Assembly (NCBI GenBank): GCA_003241785.1
Contig: QFPW01000013.1
Span: 53,420 to 117,419, forward strand
Direction of reading: 5' to 3'
DNA: 64,000 nt
Origin: Rhodovulum sulfidophilum
GTDB lineage: Bacteria > Pseudomonadota > Alphaproteobacteria > Rhodobacterales > Rhodobacteraceae
Below are positions 17,840-27,074 of this stretch, piece after piece. The position numbers were made by a program, and so were the translations under genes. The stretch's first letter is position 1. Each line of letters starts with the position of its first letter. The notes beneath the pieces were generated by a model. It was given only the letters and a program-made list of their open reading frames with translations. It was not told the DNA's origin and ran no database searches.

Positions 17840-19252
17840 ATGACCGTGATCGACCGCGAGTTCCAGCGGATGAACCCTATCAGCGGCGAGGTCGCGAGCG
17901 TGGCGCCCGCGGCGACGCCGGATCAGGCGCGCGCCGCCGTGGACCGCGCCGCCGCCGCCTTTCCCGCCTGGGCCGCGCTCGGCCCGAACGCGCGCCGCGC
18001 CGCGCTCCTGAAGGCCGCGGACGCGGTCGCCGCCCGCGGCGACGCCTTCGTCGCCGCGATGATGGCCGAGATCGGCGCGACCGAATCCTGGGCACGGTTC
18101 AACGTGATGCTCGCCGCCTCGATGCTGCGCGAAGCCGCGGCGCTCACCACCCAGGTCGCGGGCGAGGTCATCCCCTCGGACAAGCCCGGCTGCCTCGCGA
18201 TGGCGGTGCGCGAGCCCGCGGGCGTGGTGCTCGGCATCGCGCCCTGGAACGCGCCGGTGATCCTCGGCGTGCGCGCGATCGCGACCCCGCTCGCCTGTGG
18301 CAACGCGGTGGTGTTCAAGGCCTCCGAGCTCTGCCCGAAGACGCACGGGCTGATCGTCGAGGCGCTGAACGCCGCCGGCCTGCCCGAAGGCCTCGTCTCG
18401 GTCGTGACCAACGCGCCGGAGGACGCGGCCGAGGTGGTCGGCGCGCTCATTGACCATGAGGCGGTCCGGCGGGTGAACTTCACGGGCTCGACCGCCGTCG
18501 GCCGGATCATCGCGGTGCGCGCGGCCCAGAACCTCAAGCCCTGCGTGCTCGAGCTCGGCGGCAAGGCGCCCTTCCTCGTGCTCGACGACGCCGATCTCGA
18601 CGAGGCGGTGAAGGCCGCCGCCTTCGGCGCCTTCTTCAACCAGGGCCAGATCTGCATGTCGACCGAGCGGATCATCGTGATGGACGCGGTCTACGACGCC
18701 TTCCTCGAGAAATTCGCCGCCAAGGCGCGGACGCTGGTCGCCGGCGACCCGCGCGAGGGCACCTGCCCGCTCGGGGCGGTGGTGGATCGGAAGACCACCG
18801 AGAAGCTCGCCGGTCTCGTCGCCGACGCGGTCGGAAAGGGCGCCGCGGTGATCTCAGCGGGCGAGCCCTCGGGCGTGCTCGTTCCCGCGAGGATCGTCGC
18901 GGGCGTCACGCCGGAGATGCGGCTCTATTCGGAGGAGAGCTTCGGCCCCGTCGTCGCGGTCATCCGCGCGCGGGACGAGGCCGACGCGATCCGGATCGCG
19001 AACGACTCCGAATACGGCCTCTCCGCCTCGGTCTTCACCGGCGACGCGGCGCGCGGACTTCGGGTCGCGCGCCGGATCCGCTCCGGCATCTGCCACGTCA
19101 ACGGCCCGACCGTGCATGACGAGGCCCAGATGCCCTTCGGCGGCGTCGGCGCCTCGGGCTACGGCCGCTTCGGCGGCAAGGCCGGGATCGCCGAATTCAC
19201 CGAGCTGCGCTGGATCACCGTCGAGACCGAGCCCGGCCACTTCCCGATCTGA
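17840..19252 (+). CDS. vdh: Aldehyde dehydrogenase, vanillin dehydrogenase-like
   Basis: The start MTVIDREFQRMNP follows GGGAGAAGG. ALDH blocks are VLELGGKAP (catalytic Glu) and FFNQGQICMSTER (catalytic Cys). It lies immediately upstream of ech and fcs. Confidence 0.85.
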   Translation: MTVIDREFQRMNPISGEVASVAPAATPDQARAAVDRAAAAFPAWAALGPNARRAALLKAADAVAARGDAFVAAMMAEIGATESWARFNVMLAASMLREAAALTTQVAGEVIPSDKPGCLAMAVREPAGVVLGIAPWNAPVILGVRAIATPLACGNAVVFKASELCPKTHGLIVEALNAAGLPEGLVSVVTNAPEDAAEVVGALIDHEAVRRVNFTGSTAVGRIIAVRAAQNLKPCVLELGGKAPFLVLDDADLDEAVKAAAFGAFFNQGQICMSTERIIVMDAVYDAFLEKFAAKARTLVAGDPREGTCPLGAVVDRKTTEKLAGLVADAVGKGAAVISAGEPSGVLVPARIVAGVTPEMRLYSEESFGPVVAVIRARDEADAIRIANDSEYGLSASVFTGDAARGLRVARRIRSGICHVNGPTVHDEAQMPFGGVGASGYGRFGGKAGIAEFTELRWITVETEPGHFPI

Positions 19253-19353
19253 CACCCCCCTCGCGGCGGATCCCGCGCCCGGGACCCGCCGCACCCTTTT
19301 TCCCGATTTTTCGCGCCCCCTTTTGGCGGGGGCCGCGCCGAAGGAGATTTGCC

Positions 19354-20178
19354 ATGACCACAGAAGTCGTCACCTATACCGTCGAGAACGGCGTCGCCTG
19401 GGTGCGGTTCAACCGCCCGGAAAAGCGCAACGCGATGAGCCCGACGCTCAACCGGCGCATGATGGAAGTCCTCGACGCGCTCGAGTTCCGCGACGACGTG
19501 GGCGTGCTGGTCCTGACCGGCGAGGGCACGGCCTTCACCGCCGGGATGGACCTCAAGGAATACTTCCGCGAGACCGAGTCGAAGGGCCTCGCCGGCGTGC
19601 GCCAGAGCCAGCGCGAGAGCTACGGCTGGTGGCGCCGGCTGCGCTGGTACCAGAAGGTGACGATCGCGATGGTCAACGGCTGGTGCTTCGGCGGCGGCTA
19701 CGGCCCGCTCTTCGCCTGCGATCTCGCCTTCGCGGCCGACGAGGCGAAGTTCGGCCTCTCCGAGATCAACTGGGGCATCCTGCCCGGCGGCGGCGCGACC
19801 AAGGTGGCGGTCGAGCTGATGCCCTTCCGCCAGGCGATGTACCACGCGCTGCTCGGCGAGCCGATCGACGGCAGGAAGGCGGCGGAATGGGGCCTCGTGA
19901 ACGAGAGCGTGCCGCTCGCCGAGCTCGAGGCCCGGGTGACGGCGGTGGCGCGGGCGCTGCTCGAGAAGAACCCGGTGACGCTCAAGGCGACCAAGGACGC
20001 GGTGCGCCGGGTCGGCGTCATGACCTATGACGAGGCCGAGGACTATCTCGTGCGCGCGCAGGAGGCGGCGAATTCCTACGACAACGACGGTCGCAAGGAA
20101 GGCATCCGCCAGTTCATCGACGAAAAGAGCTACAAGCCGGGTCTCGGCGCCTACGACAAGAGCAAGGTCCGCGCCTGA
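19354..20178 (+). CDS. ech: Hydroxycinnamoyl-CoA (feruloyl-CoA) hydratase/lyase
   Basis: By recall, the 274-aa ORF aligns over almost its whole length with Pseudomonas HCHL. Shared blocks are NRPEKRNAMSPTLNR, TAGMDLKEYFRE, TIAMVNGWCFGGG, FGLSEINWGI, GLVNESVPLA, LLEKNPV and KSYKPGL. Confidence 0.95.
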   Translation: MTTEVVTYTVENGVAWVRFNRPEKRNAMSPTLNRRMMEVLDALEFRDDVGVLVLTGEGTAFTAGMDLKEYFRETESKGLAGVRQSQRESYGWWRRLRWYQKVTIAMVNGWCFGGGYGPLFACDLAFAADEAKFGLSEINWGILPGGGATKVAVELMPFRQAMYHALLGEPIDGRKAAEWGLVNESVPLAELEARVTAVARALLEKNPVTLKATKDAVRRVGVMTYDEAEDYLVRAQEAANSYDNDGRKEGIRQFIDEKSYKPGLGAYDKSKVRA

Positions 20179-20209
20179 GCGCGACGCCCCGGGAGGGAAG
20201 GCAGACACG

Positions 20210-21712
20210 ATGGAAGACTGGATCGCACCCGATCCGGTGGCCCTGCACGCGCAGGGCCGGCCGGAGAAGCTCGCCCTCATGGAGCTCGCGAGCGGCCGCC
20301 GCTGGACCTACGCCGCGCTCGACCAGGCGATCGAGCGCGGAGTCGCCGCGCTCGCGGCGCTTGGCCTCGGGGCCGGCGACCGGATCGCGGTGCTCGCCAA
20401 GAACGCGGCCGATCTTCTGATCGCCCAGCAGGCGGCGATGCGGATGGGCGCGATCTTCGCGCCGCTGAACTGGCGGCTCGCCGCCGCCGAGCTCGGACCC
20501 ATCCTCGCCGATTGCGCGCCGAAGCTCCTGGTGCTCGACGGCACGGTGACGGTGGACGCCCCGCCCGGATGCCGCGCGATCAGCCTCGCGGAGCTCGGCG
20601 CGGCGATCGCCGCGGCGACGCCGGGGCCGCGCCAGCCGGCGCGCCCGGCGGGCGGCGCCTGCGTCATCCTCTACACCTCCGGCACCTCCGGAGTGTCGAA
20701 GGGAGTGATCCTGACGCCGCAGACGCTGTTCTTCACCGGCGTCAACTTCGGCGTGCTCGGCGGCGTGACCGGAGCCTCGGTCTTCCTCTGCGAATCGCCG
20801 ATCTTCCACGTGATCGGCCTCGTCACCTCGATCTGGCCGCCCTTCGTCCAGGGCGGCGCCGTGCTCGTCTCCGCCGGTTTCGACCCCGCGGTCACCAACG
20901 GCCGGCTCGCGGACAAGGCGCTCGGGATCACGCATTACTTCTGCGTGCCGCAGATGGCCGAGGCGCTGCGCTACGCCGAGGGGTTCGACCCCGGGCGCTG
21001 GTCGCTCACCGCGCTCTTCACCGGCGGCGCGCCCAATCCGCCGACCAACATCCGCTGGTGGGTCGATCAGGGCGTGGCGATGGTGGACGGGTTCGGCATG
21101 ACCGAATGCGGCACCGTGCTCGGCATGCCGCTCGATCCCGACCTGATCGCGACCCATGCCGGCGCGGTGGGTCAGGCCGCGCCCGGCACGGCGGTGCGCA
21201 TCGTCGACCTCGGCGAGCGGGACGTGCCCGACGGAGAGGCCGGCGAGATCCTCGTGAAGGGGCCGAACGTCACGCCCGGCTACTGGAACCGGCCGGAGGA
21301 GCGCGCGAAGGCCTTCACCGCCGACGGCTGGCTGCGCACCGGCGACATCGGCCGGCGCGACGCGGATGGCTACATCGCCATCGTCGACCGCCGGAAGGAC
21401 ATGTTCATCTCCGGCGGCGAGAACGTCTATCCGGTGGAGATCGAATCGGTTCTGGTCGAGCATCCGGCGGTGATGGAGGTCGCGGTGATCGGCGTCCCCG
21501 ACGCGCGCTGGGGCGAGGTCGGCCGCGCCTTCGTCGTGCCGAAGCCGGGCGCGCGCCTGACCGAGGAGGAGCTGGCGCGTCACTGCGAGGCCCGGCTCGC
21601 GCGCTACAAGATCCCGCGACGGTTCGAGATCACCGACGCGCTGCCCCGCACCGGCACCGGCAAGATCCAGAAACACGTGCTGCGCGCGGCGACGCTGACG
21701 GACGCGGGCTGA
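20210..21712 (+). CDS. fcs: Feruloyl-CoA synthetase / AMP-dependent acyl-CoA ligase
   Basis: The start MEDWIAPDP follows GGGAGGGAAGG. The AMP-binding motif is ILYTSGTSGVSKGV. C-terminal motifs are GGENVYPVEIE and PRTGTGKIQK. Confidence 0.9.
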   Translation: MEDWIAPDPVALHAQGRPEKLALMELASGRRWTYAALDQAIERGVAALAALGLGAGDRIAVLAKNAADLLIAQQAAMRMGAIFAPLNWRLAAAELGPILADCAPKLLVLDGTVTVDAPPGCRAISLAELGAAIAAATPGPRQPARPAGGACVILYTSGTSGVSKGVILTPQTLFFTGVNFGVLGGVTGASVFLCESPIFHVIGLVTSIWPPFVQGGAVLVSAGFDPAVTNGRLADKALGITHYFCVPQMAEALRYAEGFDPGRWSLTALFTGGAPNPPTNIRWWVDQGVAMVDGFGMTECGTVLGMPLDPDLIATHAGAVGQAAPGTAVRIVDLGERDVPDGEAGEILVKGPNVTPGYWNRPEERAKAFTADGWLRTGDIGRRDADGYIAIVDRRKDMFISGGENVYPVEIESVLVEHPAVMEVAVIGVPDARWGEVGRAFVVPKPGARLTEEELARHCEARLARYKIPRRFEITDALPRTGTGKIQKHVLRAATLTDAG

Positions 21713-22019
21713 GCCTCGCGCGCCGCCGAGTGATGCGATCCCACACAGGCTTCGGCGGGAGGGCCGCGGGCCATCGATGAAGGGAATTCAGGGACCGGCA
21801 TGCCGGAAGACGGCGGCGGGACACCTGACCGACGCCGGTGGTCGCTCGCTCGCCGCCGAGCTTCATGCCGCCATTATGACTGCGATCCTTGCGCGCTTTT
21901 GCCTGGTCGGGCGCGGCGGCATCGACATGTCACGACGCGGTTTCCGTCGATGGCGAGATGAGCCGGTCGCGGATGCCGCGCGCCGCGTGCCGGCACGGTC
22001 GATGTGACAAGGCCCCCGC

Positions 22020-22625
22020 TCAGCCAGCCAGGAGCTGGCTGTTGCGCGCCGCCTCCTTGTCGGCGATCTCCCGGGCGCGGGCCAGCACCGCCTCGGCCTC
22101 GGCCGCGGCGATCGCGACGAAACCGTCGCCGTCGAGCATGACGAAGTCGCCGTTGCGCACCAGCGTCCCCCCGATCCGCGCATCGGCGTTGACGGAGGCG
22201 GTGTAGAGCCGCCCCGCGCTTCGGAGCGGAGAGGTCCCGCGGTAGAGCACCGGCATGCGGTGGTGGTGGAGCGTGCCCGCGTCGCGGGTCAGCCCATCGA
22301 GGAGCACGCCCGCCACGCCGCGATTGAAGGCTCGAAGCGAGTGAGCTTCGCCCCACGTGGCGCCCTGCGTGTCACCCTCCACCGACATCACGATGATGTC
22401 GCCCGGCTGGGCGAGGCTGAGCGCCACCTCGGGGTGGCGCAGCGGCTTGTCGCAATCCGCCCGCGACCGGATCGGTCTCTGCGCGAGCGTGAAGGCGCGG
22501 CCGCTCACGCTCGCCTCCGGCCCTCCCGCCCATCGGAGGCCGAACCCGCCCGCGCTCATGTCGCAGCCGAGCGCGTCCGCGGCGTCGGCGAGATGCGTGG
22601 TTCTGATCGGCGTGGTCTCGGGCAT
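22020..22625 (-). CDS. RraA-like / class II (HMG/CHA-type) aldolase-decarboxylase family protein
   Basis: The 201-aa ORF has the blocks GDIIVMSVEGD, GVLLDGLTRDAG and GDFVMLDGDGFVAI. Its start abuts the stop of the upstream PrpD-like gene. Confidence 0.8.
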   Translation of the reverse strand: MPETTPIRTTHLADAADALGCDMSAGGFGLRWAGGPEASVSGRAFTLAQRPIRSRADCDKPLRHPEVALSLAQPGDIIVMSVEGDTQGATWGEAHSLRAFNRGVAGVLLDGLTRDAGTLHHHRMPVLYRGTSPLRSAGRLYTASVNADARIGGTLVRNGDFVMLDGDGFVAIAAAEAEAVLARAREIADKEAARNSQLLAG

Positions 22626-24092
22626 CTACGATTCGCTCCCTAGCGCAGTCTCAGCGGCCGCCGCCGCGGGCATGGGTTCCGGCGCGGGCATGGGCGGCTC
22701 GGGGAGGTTCCGCGCCAGCGCCAGCGCTTCGCGCACGTCCGGCAAGGCCGGAAGCGCCGCCACCGCCTCGAAGGCCCTCGCCGCGCGGGCGGGATCGAGC
22801 CTCGCGCTCGCGGCGCAATCGAGAAACTTCTCGCGCATCTCCGGCCAGCCGAGCGGCTGCGACGGATGGCCCGGCGGCACGTCGACGCGGGCGCTCTGCT
22901 CGGTCCCGTCCAGGAGCCGCGCCGTCACGCGCGCGTGGCCCCGGAAACCCCAACTCAGGTTCGCCGCGACCGGGTCCTCCTCGATCTGCGCGGGGTCTTC
23001 CCAAGCGGAGACCTTCTCGATGATCGCGGCGATCTCCGGACGCCCAACCGCCGGGGTCTCGAAGGTCGCGATGCCGAGCCTTTCATCGAGCAGCGCCGCG
23101 GCGACCGCGTAGGGCATGCTGAACTTGGCCTCGAGTCCGGTTCGGGGTCGCGGATACATGAGCGGCTGCAGCGCCCCGGGCGCGACCGAGACGTCCAGCG
23201 CCGCCAGATTGTCGGCGCGGACGCCCTTCGCCTTCAGGGCCAGGACGGCCGCGATCGCCCGATGCTGCGCGATGCAGGACGGGAAGCGCTTCAGCGTGCT
23301 GCCGGGCTCGAGGACCGCCCAGGGCGCGCCGAGGGCGGGTGCGATCGCCGAAGGATCGGAAGCGGCGTCTCCATAGGCGCGGAAAAACCCGAACTTCGCC
23401 TCGAGCGCGTCGCGGGCCGCGGTCACTCCGGCCTCGGCGAGAAGCATCGCCGTGACCGCCTGCTGCGCGGCCTGCCCGGAGTGCAGCGGCTTCGTCATCG
23501 TGCCGAGCTGGCAGAGCAGTCCGCCGGCGGCGGAGGCGACGAGACCGATCCCCGTCTCGATGCGCTCCGGTGAAAGGCGGTGAAGGTGGGCGAGCGCCGC
23601 GAAGGCGGAAAAGCCCGAAAGCGTCGCGGTCGCGTGATACCCCCGCGCGCCGCGTCCCCGTCCGAGCGCCGCGGCGATCTTCGCGCCGACTTCGATGCCG
23701 ACGACATAGGCGTCGATGAATTCGACCCCCGGCACCTCCCGATCGGGCAGCGCGGAGCAGAGGGCCGCGACCACCACCGCGCTCGGATGCGTCGGCGAGA
23801 GCAGGTCGTCGAAGTCGAGCGCGGCCCCGAACGCGCCGTTGACCATCGCCGCGGTCTGGGGCGTCGCGGTCCAAGCGGTGCCGAGGACGGGGGAAACGCT
23901 CCCCGGCTGGGTCTCGAGATAGGCGGCCATGGCCGGGGCGAGTTCGCTGCCGGCGCCCGCGATGATGCAGGAGACGCTGTCGGCGATCACCAGCCGGGCG
24001 CGCTCGCGCGCGGCCCGTGGCACCGGCGTATCCGTCATCTCGCGGATGAAGGCCGCGACCGCCGCGGTCGGGGTCCGGGCTGTCGGGGTCAT
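22626..24092 (-). CDS. MmgE/PrpD-family protein (copy 1, 488 aa)
   Basis: The internal start MTPTARTPTAAVAAFIREM overlaps the tctC stop (ATGA). PrpD-family blocks are VNGAFGAALDFDD, GYHATATLSGF, TMTKPLHSGQAA and GLEAKFSMPY. Confidence 0.85.
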   Translation of the reverse strand: MTPTARTPTAAVAAFIREMTDTPVPRAARERARLVIADSVSCIIAGAGSELAPAMAAYLETQPGSVSPVLGTAWTATPQTAAMVNGAFGAALDFDDLLSPTHPSAVVVAALCSALPDREVPGVEFIDAYVVGIEVGAKIAAALGRGRGARGYHATATLSGFSAFAALAHLHRLSPERIETGIGLVASAAGGLLCQLGTMTKPLHSGQAAQQAVTAMLLAEAGVTAARDALEAKFGFFRAYGDAASDPSAIAPALGAPWAVLEPGSTLKRFPSCIAQHRAIAAVLALKAKGVRADNLAALDVSVAPGALQPLMYPRPRTGLEAKFSMPYAVAAALLDERLGIATFETPAVGRPEIAAIIEKVSAWEDPAQIEEDPVAANLSWGFRGHARVTARLLDGTEQSARVDVPPGHPSQPLGWPEMREKFLDCAASARLDPARAARAFEAVAALPALPDVREALALARNLPEPPMPAPEPMPAAAAAETALGSES

Positions 24093-25045
24093 TGCTTGCC
24101 CAGCCCCGCTTCCGCGGCGATCGCGTTCCACTTCGCCAGATCGGCCGCGAGATACGCGGCGAAATCCTGTCGGGACCGCTGGCGGAGCGTGAAGGCTTCC
24201 TCCTGCCATTTCTGGCCTTGGCCCTCCGTCGCGCCGAAGGCGGCGACCTCGGCGTTGAGTTTGTCGGCGATCTCGTCGGGCAGGTCCTTTGGCCCGAACA
24301 GACCGAACCAGATCAGCACCTCGAACCCCGGATAGGTTTCCGCGACGGCGGGCACGTCCGGCAGCGTCGCCGGACGCTCCCGCGAGGTGACGGCGAGCGG
24401 TCGGACCATGCCCTGCTGGATATTGCCGATCACGATGGAGAGCGAACTGATGGCGACGGGTATGTCGCCGCGCACGAGGTCGATCAGGGCCGGGCCGAAC
24501 TGCTTGTAGTTGGCATGTCGCATCTCGACGCCCGCGGCGTCGGACAGAAGCTCCCCCGCGAGCACGGTCGAATTGCCGACCGATCCGTAGAGCAGCCCGT
24601 CGGGGCTGTCCTTCGCGAGCGCGACCATCTCGGCGAAAGTTTCCGCCTCGAAGTTCGGCCCCGACGTCAGCACCATCGGCGTATCGCCCAGATAGGCGAC
24701 GGGCGTGAAGTCTCCGATCGGATCATAGGTCAGGTTGGGATCCGTCGCGGGACCGACGGAATGCGTCGAGCCCCCGCCGATCAGGAGGGTGTAGCCGTCC
24801 GGCTCCGCGTCGCGGACGTCCTGCGCCCCTACCGCGCCATTGCCACCGGCCTGGTTTTCCACGATCACCGCCTCCCCCAGACGGGTCGACAGATGCTCCG
24901 CGAGATCCCGGCCGAGACGGTCGATCGTCCCACCGGCGGGATAGGGCACCACGAGGGTAATCGGATGGTCGGGGTAGTCCGCCGCCGCCAGCGCGGGCAT
25001 GAATCCGAGGCACAGCGCCGCGGTTCGCGTCAGTTTCTCAAGCAT
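24089..25045 (-). CDS. tctC: Tripartite tricarboxylate transporter substrate-binding protein (Bug/TctC family, copy 1)
   Basis: The start MLEKLTRTAALCLGFMPALAAA is a signal peptide preceded by AAGGAAGGAGGG. The family block is YPDHPITLVVPYPAGGTIDRLGR...VIVENQAGGNG. An alternative start at 25072 overlaps the tctA stop. Confidence 0.85.
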   Translation of the reverse strand: MLEKLTRTAALCLGFMPALAAADYPDHPITLVVPYPAGGTIDRLGRDLAEHLSTRLGEAVIVENQAGGNGAVGAQDVRDAEPDGYTLLIGGGSTHSVGPATDPNLTYDPIGDFTPVAYLGDTPMVLTSGPNFEAETFAEMVALAKDSPDGLLYGSVGNSTVLAGELLSDAAGVEMRHANYKQFGPALIDLVRGDIPVAISSLSIVIGNIQQGMVRPLAVTSRERPATLPDVPAVAETYPGFEVLIWFGLFGPKDLPDEIADKLNAEVAAFGATEGQGQKWQEEAFTLRQRSRQDFAAYLAADLAKWNAIAAEAGLGKQ

Positions 25046-25068
25046 TCCTTCCTCCCTTTCGGTATCGC

Positions 25069-26574
25069 TCATTCAGCGTCCTGGAAGATCACCTCGCGCT
25101 GCTTGCGAAAGCTGGGCGCGACGAGCAGGACGAGCAGCGCGGCGGCGGCGACGAGCAGGGTCAGGCTGATCGGCCGTGTCAGGAAGACGCTGACGTCGCC
25201 CTGCGAGATCGTCAGCGCGCGGCGCAGGTTCTCCTCCATCAGCGGGCCGAGGATGAAGCCGAGGATGAAGGGCGCCGGCTCGCAGTCGCACTTGACGAGA
25301 ACGTAGCCGAGCGCGCCGAAGCCGAAGGCGGCCATCACGTCGAAGGTCGCGTTGCTCAGGCTGTAGAGGCCGATCGAGGTGAAGAGCAGGATCGCCGGCA
25401 GGAGCAGCCTGTAGGGCACCTTCAGAAGCTTCACCCAGAGCCCGACGAGCGGCAGGTTCAGAATGACGAGGATGATGTTCCCGATCACCATCGAGGCGAT
25501 GAGGCCCCAGAAGAGCTCGGGCTGGCGCGACATGATCATCGGGCCCGGCTGGATGTTGTGGACCGTCATCGCGCCGATCATGAGCGCCATGGTCGAGGTC
25601 GCCGGGATGCCGAGCGTCAGCATCGGGATGAACGAGGTCTGCGCCGCGGCGTTGTTCGCGGATTCCGGCCCGGCGACCGCCTCGATCGCACCCTTGCCGA
25701 AGCGCGACGGGTCGCGCGCCACCTTCTTCTCGATCGAATAGCTCGCGAAGGAGGCCAGGACCGCGCCCCCGCCCGGCAGGAGGCCGAGCAGCGCGCCGAT
25801 TCCGGTTCCGCGCAGGACGGGCAAGACCGCAGCGCGGAACTGCGCGCCCGTCAGCCAAAGGCCGCCGACCTTGCTCGTGACCACGCCGGTATCCGGCGGG
25901 GATTCGAGATTGCGCATGAGTTCGGCGAGGCCGAAGACGCCCATGGCGACGACGGCGATCTCGAACCCGTCGATGAGGTTGAGGCTGCCGAAGGTGAACC
26001 GCGCCGCGCCGGAGTTGACGTCGGTGCCCACCGTGCCGAGCAAGAGGCCGAGAAGGACCATCGCGATCGCCTTGGCGGGCGAGCCATGGGCGAGCACGAC
26101 GGCGCCGAGCAGCCCGAGGACCACGAGCGAGAAGTATTCCGGCGCGCCGAAGTAGAAGGCGACGCCCGCGAGCACCGGCCCGAAGGCCGCGATCAGCACG
26201 GTGCCCACGATGCCGGCGAAGAGCGAGCCGAGCGCGGCGACCACCAGCGCGGCGCCGGCCTCGCCCTTCTTGGCCATCGCGTGCCCGTCGATCGCCGTCA
26301 CGACGGAGGAGCTTTCCCCCGGCAGGTTGACGAGGATCGCCGTGGTCGAACCGCCGTACTGCGCGCCGTAGTAGATGCCCGCGAGCATGATGAGCCCGGT
26401 GACCGGCGACAGGACGTAGGTGACGGGCAACAGCATCGAGATGGTCGCGACCGGCCCGATCCCGGGCAGAACGCCGACGAGCGTGCCGAGCAACGCCCCG
26501 AGAAAGGCGAAGCCGAGATTCTGGACGCTGAAGGCGACCTCGAAGCCGACGAGAAGGTTGTGGAACATTTCCAT
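25069..26574 (-). CDS. tctA: Tripartite tricarboxylate transporter large permease
   Basis: The 501-aa polytopic protein starts MEMFHNLLVGFEVAFSVQNLGFAFLGALLGTLVGVLPGIGP, typical of TctA. Confidence 0.9.
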   Translation of the reverse strand: MEMFHNLLVGFEVAFSVQNLGFAFLGALLGTLVGVLPGIGPVATISMLLPVTYVLSPVTGLIMLAGIYYGAQYGGSTTAILVNLPGESSSVVTAIDGHAMAKKGEAGAALVVAALGSLFAGIVGTVLIAAFGPVLAGVAFYFGAPEYFSLVVLGLLGAVVLAHGSPAKAIAMVLLGLLLGTVGTDVNSGAARFTFGSLNLIDGFEIAVVAMGVFGLAELMRNLESPPDTGVVTSKVGGLWLTGAQFRAAVLPVLRGTGIGALLGLLPGGGAVLASFASYSIEKKVARDPSRFGKGAIEAVAGPESANNAAAQTSFIPMLTLGIPATSTMALMIGAMTVHNIQPGPMIMSRQPELFWGLIASMVIGNIILVILNLPLVGLWVKLLKVPYRLLLPAILLFTSIGLYSLSNATFDVMAAFGFGALGYVLVKCDCEPAPFILGFILGPLMEENLRRALTISQGDVSVFLTRPISLTLLVAAAALLVLLVAPSFRKQREVIFQDAE

Positions 26575-26578
26575 GAGC

Positions 26579-27055
26579 TTACCTCCAGGGCAGCAGCGGA
26601 GCCTGGAGGCCCAGCCCGTAGACGAACAGGAAGCCCGCGGTGACCGAAAGCACCGCCGCGCTGATCGCGACCTCGCGCCATCGCCGATCCCTCGGCGCCA
26701 CCCCCGCGACCAGGACGAGCAGGGCGGAGGCGACGATGAGGCCGAAGCCCCGGAGCGTGAGCACGAAGAGGAACATCGCGGCGAAAACGCTCACGATCGG
26801 GCGGAGCGGCAGGCGGAGCGGTTCGTCCCGGCCATCCGACAGCGCCTCGGTCGCGCCCCTGACCCCGATGCCGACGGCGAGGCAGAACAGCAGCGCGCTG
26901 ACGATCCGGGGAAAGAAGCCCGGCCCCATGTCCATCGGGCTGCCGAAGGACAGCCGCAGCGATGTCACGAAGAATGCGCCGGCCGCGATCGCGATCAGGA
27001 CCGCCGAGACGACGTCCTTGTTTCGCGCCACGCGTCGCGCGGTTTCCATGTTCAT
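26579..27055 (-). CDS. tctB: Tripartite tricarboxylate transporter small permease
   Basis: The 158-aa protein has four hydrophobic segments and lies directly upstream of tctA. Confidence 0.75.
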   Translation of the reverse strand: MNMETARRVARNKDVVSAVLIAIAAGAFFVTSLRLSFGSPMDMGPGFFPRIVSALLFCLAVGIGVRGATEALSDGRDEPLRLPLRPIVSVFAAMFLFVLTLRGFGLIVASALLVLVAGVAPRDRRWREVAISAAVLSVTAGFLFVYGLGLQAPLLPWR

Positions 27056-27074
27056 CTTTTCCTCCCCCGAAATG

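Noticed and set aside
21777-22007. A 76-aa ORF in the fcs / RraA spacer as a possible small gene.
   Set aside because: It has no RBS, an Arg/Ala-rich composition and no recognisable motif, and its codon pattern is not clearly coding. I left it as an unassigned spacer (see findings).
22020-22625. Annotating the two RraA-like genes (22020-22625 and 60525-61151) as regulators of RNase E.
   Set aside because: Both are embedded in catabolic or transport operons, one directly coupled to a PrpD-like gene and the other leading an ABC importer. The family also contains HMG/CHA aldolases and oxaloacetate decarboxylases, so context favours an enzymatic role. I kept a family-level name.
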